Source of the DNA: Eledone cirrhosa
Taxonomy: Eukaryota
NCBI GenBank assembly: GCA_964016885.1
Contig: OZ024744.1
Span: 55,986,001-56,050,000, forward strand
Direction of reading: 5' to 3'
Length of the DNA stretch: 64,000 nucleotides
A model generated the notes under the pieces. That model was not told the DNA's origin. It ran no database searches and saw only the letters and a program-made list of their open reading frames with translations. A program made the position numbers and the translations under genes. Positions 57,101-64,000 of the stretch are shown here, one piece after another (within the stretch, counting starts at the first letter, position 1; each line of letters begins with the position of its first letter).

Positions 57101-60060
57101 AACTACATTGATCTGGTATTGATAGCTAGGTAGACTGTGGTCTGGGACTGAACTATATTGATCTGGTACCTTACATTGACAGCTAGGTGGACTGTGGTCT
57201 GTGACTGAACTATATTGATCTGGTACTGACAGCTAGGTGGACTGTGGTCTGTGACTGAACTATATTGATCTTGTACTGATAGCTAGGTGGACTGTGGTCT
57301 GTGACTGAACTATATTGATCTGGTACTGATAGCTAGGTGGACTGTGGTCTGTGACAGAACTATATTGATCTGGTACTGACAGCTAGGTGGACTGTGGTCT
57401 GAGACTGAAGTATATTGATCTGGTACTAACAGGTAGGTAGACTGTGGTCTGTGACTGAACTATATTGATCTGGTACTGTCAGCTAGGTAGACTGTGGTCT
57501 GAGACTGAATTATATTGATCTGGTACCTTACATTGACAGCTAGGTAGACTGTGGTCTGTGACTGAACTATATTGATCTGGTACTGACAGCTAGGTGGACT
57601 GTGATCTGAGACTGAACTGTATTGATCTGGTACCTTACGTTGACAGCTAGGTAGACTGTTGTCTGAGGCTGAACTATATTGATCTGGTACCTTACATTGA
57701 CAGCTAGTTAGACTGTGGTCTGTGACTGAACTATATTGATCTGGTACTGACAGCTAGGTGGACTGTGATCTGAGACTGAACTATATTGATCTGGTACATT
57801 ACATTGACAGCTAGGTGGACTGTGGTCTGAGACTGAACTATATTGATCTGGTATTGACAGCTAGGTGGACTGTGGTCTGAGACTGACCTATATTGATCTG
57901 GTACTGACAGCCAGGTAGACTGTGGTCTGAGACTGAACTATATTGATCTGGTACATTACATTGACAGCTAGGTGGACTGTGGTCTGAGACTGAACTATAT
58001 TGATCTGGTATTGACAGCTAGGTGGACTGTGGTCTGGGACTGAACTATATTGATCTGGTACTGCCAGCTAGGTAGACTGTGGTCTGAGACTGAACTATAT
58101 TGATCTGGTACTGACAGCTAGGTAGACTGTGGTCTGGGACTGAACTATATTGATCTGGTACCTTACATTGACAGCTAGGTGGACTGTGGTCTGTGACTGA
58201 ACTATATTGATCTGGTACTGACAGCTAGGTGGACTGTGGTCTGTGACTGAACTATATTGATCTGGTACTGATACCTAGGTGGACTGTGGTCTGTGACTGA
58301 ACTATATTGATCTGGTACTGACAGCTAGGTAGACTGTGGTCTGAGACTGAACTATATTGATCTGGTACTGACAGCTAGGTGGACTGTGGTCTGAGACTGA
58401 ACTATATTGATCTGTTACTGACAGCCAGGTAGACTGTGGTCTGGGACTGAACTATATTGATCTGGTACATTACATTGACAGCTAGGTGGACTGTGGTCTG
58501 AGACTGAACTATATTGATCTGGTATTGACAGCTAGTTGGACTGTGGTCTGGGACTGAACTATATTGATCTGGTACTGCCAGCTAGGTAGACTGTGGTCTG
58601 AGACTGAACTATATTGATCTGGTACTGACAGCTAGGTAGACTGTGGTCTGGGACTGAACTATATTGATCTGGTACCTTACATTGACAGCTAGGTGGACTG
58701 TGGTCTGTGACTGAACTATATTGATCTGGTACTGACAGCTAGGTGGACTGTGGTCTGTGACTGAACTATATTGATCTGGTACTGATACCTAGGTGGACTG
58801 TGGTCTGTGACTGAACTATATTGATCTGGTACTGACAGCTAGGTAGACTGTGGTCTGAGACTGAACTATATTGATCTGGTACTGACAGCTAGGTGGACTG
58901 TGGTCTGAGACTGAACTATATTGATCTGGTACCTTACAATGACAGCTAGGTGGACTGTGGTCTGTGACTGAACTATATTGATTTGGTACTGACAGCTAGG
59001 TAGACTGTGGTCTGAGACTGAACTATATTGATCTGGTACCTTACATTGACAGCTAGATAGACTGTGGTCTGTGCCTGAACTATATTGATCTGGTACTAAC
59101 AGGTAGGTAGACTGTGGTCTGTGACTGAACTATATTGATCTGGTACTGTCAGCTAGGTAGACTGTGGTCTGAGACTGAATTATATTGATCTGGTACCTTA
59201 CATTGACAGCTAGGTAGACTGTGGTCTGTGACTGAACTATATTGATCTGGTACTGTCAGCTAGGTGGACTGTGATCTGAGACTGAACTGTATTGATCTGG
59301 TACGCACAGCTAGGTAGACTGTGGTCTGAGACTTAACTATATTGATCTGGTATTGACTGCTAGGTAGACTGTGGTCTGGGACTGAACTATATTGATCTGG
59401 TATTGACAGCTAAGTAGACTGTGGTCTGAGACTGAACTATATTGATCTGGTACATTACATTGACAGCTAGGTGGACTGTGGTCTGAGACTGAACTATATT
59501 GATCTGGTATTGACAGCTAGGTGGACTGTGGTCCGAGACTGAACTATATTGATCTGATACTGACAGCCAGGTGGACTCTGGTCTGAGACTGAACTATATT
59601 GATCTGGTACATTACATTGACAGCTAGGTAGACTATGGTCTGGGACTGAACTATATTGATCTGGTACTGACAGCTAGGTAGACTGTGGTCTGAGACTGAA
59701 CTATATTGATCTGGTACTGACAGCTAGGTAGACTGTGGTCTGAGTCTGAACTATATTGATCTGGTACTGACAGCGAGGTGGACTGTGGTCTGAGACTGAA
59801 CTATATTGATCTGGTACCTTACAATGACAGCTAGGTGGACTGTGGTCTGTGACTGAACTATATTGATCTGGTACTGACAGCTAGGTGGACTGTGGTCTGA
59901 GACTGAACTATATTGATCTGGTACCTTACATTGACAGCTAGGTAGACTGTGGTCTGTGCCTGAACTATATTGATCTGGTACTAACAGGTAGGTAGACTGT
60001 GGTCTGTGACTGAACTATATTGATCTGGTACTGTCAGCTAGGTAGACTGTGGTCTGAGAC
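51191..60060 (+). repeat. Domain D: 2812-bp (54-mer) tandem duplication 51191-54002 / 54003-56757, followed by re-used C and D blocks
   Basis: ATTATATTGAC (51191/54003) and GGTCCGAGAC (~52816/~55628) are offset 2812 = 38x50+16x57. ACTGAGAGCT (53951/56706) is offset 2755 after one 57-mer was lost near 56300. 56760-57950 parallels 49990-51190, and 57950-60060 is a third partial copy. The markers CTTACAATG, CTGTGCCTG and CTAGATAG appear from here onward. Confidence 0.87.
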
Positions 60061-62930
60061 TGAATTATATATATCTGGTACCTTACATTGACAGCTAGGT
60101 AGACTGTGGTCTGTGACTGAACTATATTGATCTGGTACTGACAGCTAGGTGGACTGTGATCTGAGACTGAACTGTATTGATCTGGTACCTTACGTTGACA
60201 GCTAGGTAGACTGTTGTCTGAGGCTGAACAACATTGCTCTGGTACCTTACATTGACAGCTAGGTAGAGTGTGGTCTGTGACTGAACTATATTGATCTGGT
60301 ACCTTACATTGACAGCTAGGTAGACTGTGGTCTGTGACTGAACTATATTGATCTGGTATTGACTGCTAGGTAGACTGTGGTCTGAGACTGAACTATATTG
60401 ATCTGGTATTGACTGCTAGGTAGACTGTGGTCTGGGACTGAACTATATTGATCTGGTACCTTACATTGACAGCTATGTAGACTGTGGTCTGGGACTGAAC
60501 GATATTGATCTGTTACTGACAGCTAGGTGGACTGTGGTCTGATACTGAACTATATTGATCTGTTCCTGACAGCTAGGTGGACTGTGGTCTGATACTGAAC
60601 TATATTGATCTGTTCCTGACAGCTAGGTGGACTGTGGTCTGAGACTGAACTATATTGATCTGGTACTGACAGCCAGGTGGACTGTGCTCTGAGACTGAAC
60701 TATATTGATCTGGTACATTACATTGACAGCTAGGTAGACTATGGTCTGGGACTGAACTATATTGATCTGGTACTGACAGCTAGTTAGACTGTGGTCTGAG
60801 ACTGAACTATATATATATTGATCTGGTATTGACAGCTAGGTAGACTGTGGTCTGGGACTGAACTATATTGATCTGGGACTGACAGCTAGGTGGACTGTGG
60901 TCTGTGACTGAACTATATTGATCTGGTACTGACAGCTAGGTGGACTGTGGTCTGTGACTGAACTATATTGATCTGGTAGTGATAGCTAGGTGGACTGTGG
61001 TCTGTGACTGAACTATATTGATCTGGTACTGACAGCTAGGTGGACTGTGGTCTGAGACTGAACTATATTGATCTGGTACTGACAGCTAGGTGGACTGTGG
61101 TCTGAGACGGAACTATATTGATCTGGTACTGACAGCTAGGTAGACTGTAGTCTGTGACTGAACTATATTGATCTGGTTCTTTACATTGACAGCTAGGTAG
61201 ACTGTGGTCTGAGACTGAACTACATTGATCTGGTACCTTACAATGACAGCTAGGTGGACTGTGGTCTGAGACTGAACTGTATTGATCTGGTATCTTACAT
61301 TGACAGCTAGGTGGACTGTGGTCTGAGACTGAACTATATTGATCTTGTACTGACAGCTCGGTGGACTGTGGTCTGTGACTCAACTATATTGATCTGGTAC
61401 CTTACATTGACAGCTAGGTGGACTGTGGTCTGAGGCTGAACTATATTGATCTGGTACCTTACATTGACAGCTATGTGGACTGTGGTCTGAGACTGAACTA
61501 TATTGATCTGGTACTGACAGCTAGGTGGACTGTGGTCTGAGACTGAACTATATTGATCTGGCACTGACAGCTAGGTGGACTGTGGTCTGAGACTGAGCTA
61601 TATTGATGTGGTACCTATTACTGACAGCTAGGTGGACTGTGGTCTGAGATTGAACTATATTGATCTGGTACCTTACGTTGACAGCTAGGTGGACTGTGGT
61701 CTGAGACTGAACTATATTGATCTGGTACATTACATTGAGAGCTAGGTAGACTGTGGTCTGTGACTGAACTATATTGATCTGGTACTGAGAGCTAGGTGGA
61801 TTGTGGTCTGAGACTGAACTATATTGATCTGGTACTGACAGCTAGGTAGACTGTGGTGTGTGACTGAACTATATTGATCTGGTACCTTACATTGACAGTT
61901 AGGTGGACTGTGGTCTGAGACTGAACTATATTGATCTAGTACTGACAGATAGGTAGACTGTGGTTTGAGTCTGAACTATATTGATCTGGTACCTTACATT
62001 GACAGTTAGGTGGACCGTGGTCTGAGACTGAACTATATTGATCTGGTACTGACAGCTAGGTAGACTGTGGTCTGAGACTGAACTATATTGATCTGGTACC
62101 TTACATTGACAGTTAGGTGGACTGTGGTCTGAGACTGAACTATATTGATCTTATACTAACAGGTAGGTAGACTGTGGTCTGTGACTGAACTATATTGATC
62201 TGGTACTGACAGCTAGGTAGACTGTGGTCTGAGATTGAACTATATTGATCTGGTACCTTACATTGACAGTTAGGTGGATTGTGGTCTGAGTCTGAACTAT
62301 ATTGATCTTGTACTAACAAGTAGGTAGACTGTGGTCTGTGACTGAACTATATTGATCTGTTACTGACAGCTAGGTAGACTGTGGTCTTAGATTGAACTAT
62401 ATTGATCTGGTACCTTACATTCACAGCTAGGTAGACTGTGGTCTGAGACTGAACTATATTGATCTGGTACTGACAGCTAGGTAGACTGTGGTCTGAGACT
62501 GAATTATATTGATCTGGTACCTTACATTGACAACTAGGTAGACTGTGGTCTGTGACTGAACTATATTGATCTGGTACCTTACATTGACTGCTAGTTAGAC
62601 TGTGGTCTGTGACTGAACTATATTGATCTGGTACTGACAGCTAGGTGGACTGTGGTCTGAGACTGAACTATATTGATCTGGTATTGACAGCTAGGTGGAC
62701 TGTGGTCTGAGACTGAACTATATTGATCTTGTATTGACAGCTAGGTAGACTGTGGTCTGAGACTGAACTATATTGATGTGGTACTGACAGCTAGGTAGAC
62801 TGTGGTCTGAGACTGAACTATATTGATCTGGTATTGACAGCTAGGTAGACAGTGGTCTGCGACTGAACTATATTGATGTGGTACTGACAGCTAGGTGGAC
62901 TGTGGTCTGTGACTGAACTATATTGATCTG
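60061..62930 (+). repeat. Divergent, non-homogenised monomer patch rich in private variants
   Basis: Variants I did not see elsewhere include TTATATATATCTGG (~60065), GAACAACATTGCTC (~60226), GAACGATATT (~60497), the (TA)n expansion (~60807), GAGACGGAAC (~61104), GAGCTATA (~61595) and ATCTTATACTAAC (~62148). Confidence 0.8.
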
Positions 62931-64000
62931 GTACTGACAGCCAGGTAGACTGTGGTCTGAGACTGAACTATATTGATCTGGTACATTACATTGACAGCTA
63001 GGTGGACTGTGGTCTGAGACTGAACTATATTGATCTGGTATTGACAGCTAGTTGGACTGTGGTCTGGGACTGAACTATATTGATCTGGTACTGCCAGCTA
63101 GGTAGACTGTGGTCTGAGACTGAACTATATTGATCTGGTACTGACAGCTAGGTAGACTGTGGTCTGGGACTGAACTATATTGATCTGGTACCTTCATTGA
63201 CAGCTAGGTGGACTGTGGTCTGTGACTGAACTATATTGATCTGGTACTGACAGCTAGGTGGACTGTGGTCTGTGACTGAACTATATTGATCTGGTACTGA
63301 TACCTAGGTGGACTGTGGTCTGTGACTGAACTATATTGATCTGGTACTGACAGCTAGGTAGACTGTGGTCTGAGACTGAACTATATTGATCTGGTACTGA
63401 CAGCTAGGTGGACTCTGGTCTGAGACTGAACTATATTGATCTGGTACCTTACAATGACAGCTAGGTGGACTGTGGTCTGTGACTGAACTATATTGATTTG
63501 GTACTGACAGCTAGGTAGACTGTGGTCTGAGACTGAACTATATTGATCTGGTACCTTACATTGACAGCTAGATAGACTGTGGTCTGTGCCTGAACTATAT
63601 TGATCTGGTACTAACAGGTAGGTAGACTGTGGTCTGTGACTGAACTATATTGATCTGGTACTGTCAGCTAGGTAGACTGTGGTCTGAGACTGAATTATAT
63701 TGATCTGGTACATTACATTGACAGCTAGGTAGACTGTGGTCTGTGACTGAACTATATTGATCTGGTACTGTCAGCTAGGTGGACTGTGATCTGAGACTGA
63801 ACTGTATTGATCTGGTACGCACAGCTAGGTAGACTGTGGTCTGAGACTTAACTATATTGATCTGGTATTGACTGCTAGGTAGACTGTGGTCTGGGACTGA
63901 ACTATATTGATCTGGTATTGACAGCTAGGTGGACTGTGGTCCGAGACTGAACTATATTGATCTGATACTGACAGCCAGGTGGACTCTGGTCTGAGACTGA
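62931..64000 (+). repeat. Further copy of the domain D block (parallels ~51650-52870 with deletions); continues past the window end
   Basis: The variant order is the same: CAGCCAGG, CTAGTTGG, ACTGCCAGC, GATACCTAG, CTTACAATG, GATTTGG, CTAGATAG..GTGCCTG, GTACGCAC..GACTTAAC, GGTCCGAG, CTGATACTGACAGCC. Confidence 0.87.

Larger units (their letters stand above)
1..64000 (+). repeat. Tandem satellite/minisatellite array of interspersed 50-bp and 57-bp monomers (~1,200 copies, single orientation, runs off both ends)
   Basis: The GAACTATATTGATCTGGTAC core recurs every 50 or 57 bp across the window (e.g. monomers start at 1, 51, 101, 151). The 57-bp form reads GGTAC-CTTACAT-TGACAG instead of GGTAC-TGACAG. 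No non-repeat sequence or reverse-orientation copy was seen. Confidence 0.99.

Noticed and set aside
22593-61730. 60-152-aa minus-strand ORFs (22593, 27908, 33837, 35641, 38309, 40906, 46835, 61063, 61334, 61548)
   Set aside because: These are the same repeat-translation artefact. They are useful only as markers of HOR spacing.
1-64000. CRISPR array or spacer/cassette-storage system
   Set aside because: No unique spacers: the sequence between conserved cores is itself the same repeat with point variants. No leader, cas, recombinase or reverse transcriptase gene is present in the window.
1-64000. Programmed-frameshift or antigenic-variation repeat gene encoded by the long/short order
   Set aside because: Stops recur every few monomers on both strands, and I saw no sign of codon-position bias in the variants. 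There is no expression site or unique coding flank.
1-64000. Telomeric repeat, tRNA/5S/snRNA tandem array, or G-quadruplex array
   Set aside because: There is no TTAGGG-type unit, no recognisable RNA-gene fold or Pol III boxes, and only GG runs with long loops.
1-64000. Whole array as a sequencing or rolling-circle concatemer artefact
   Set aside because: Rare variants recur in ordered, hierarchically shared patterns, and copies carry private SNVs, as expected of real evolution. The exact copy number of near-identical blocks still needs read validation.
1-64000. Assignment as a functional centromere or to a particular species
   Set aside because: This cannot be determined from the sequence alone. 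I recognised no CENP-B box or known family consensus.

Overview
The whole 64 kb window is one uninterrupted head-to-tail satellite/minisatellite array of roughly 1,200 monomers, open at both ends. I saw no unique flank, gene, RNA gene, transposon or inversion. The consensus monomer is 50 bp (TTGATCTGGTACTGACAGCTAGGT[G/A]GACTGTGGTCTG[A/T/G]GACTGAACTATA; 46% GC, G-skewed, no CpG). It is interspersed with a 57-bp variant that carries a 7-bp insert (CTTACAT, less often CTATTAC) after GGTAC. Tracking rare variants shows nested higher-order repeats in distinct domains: a 3301-bp offset duplicate (1-6150), a 2247-bp 42-mer (about 6-17 kb), a 5315/5929-bp unit with 2597-bp and ~13-kb-offset duplications (about 20-51 kb) and a 2812-bp unit (about 51-60 kb). 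Two more divergent, less homogenised patches lie at about 17-20 kb and 60-63 kb. All supplied ORFs are artefacts of the repeat. I cannot assign a species or a named satellite family; a eukaryotic origin is an inference. I find no support for a new gene-based system. The interest lies in the array's architecture and history. Offsets were counted by eye and domain borders are approximate.
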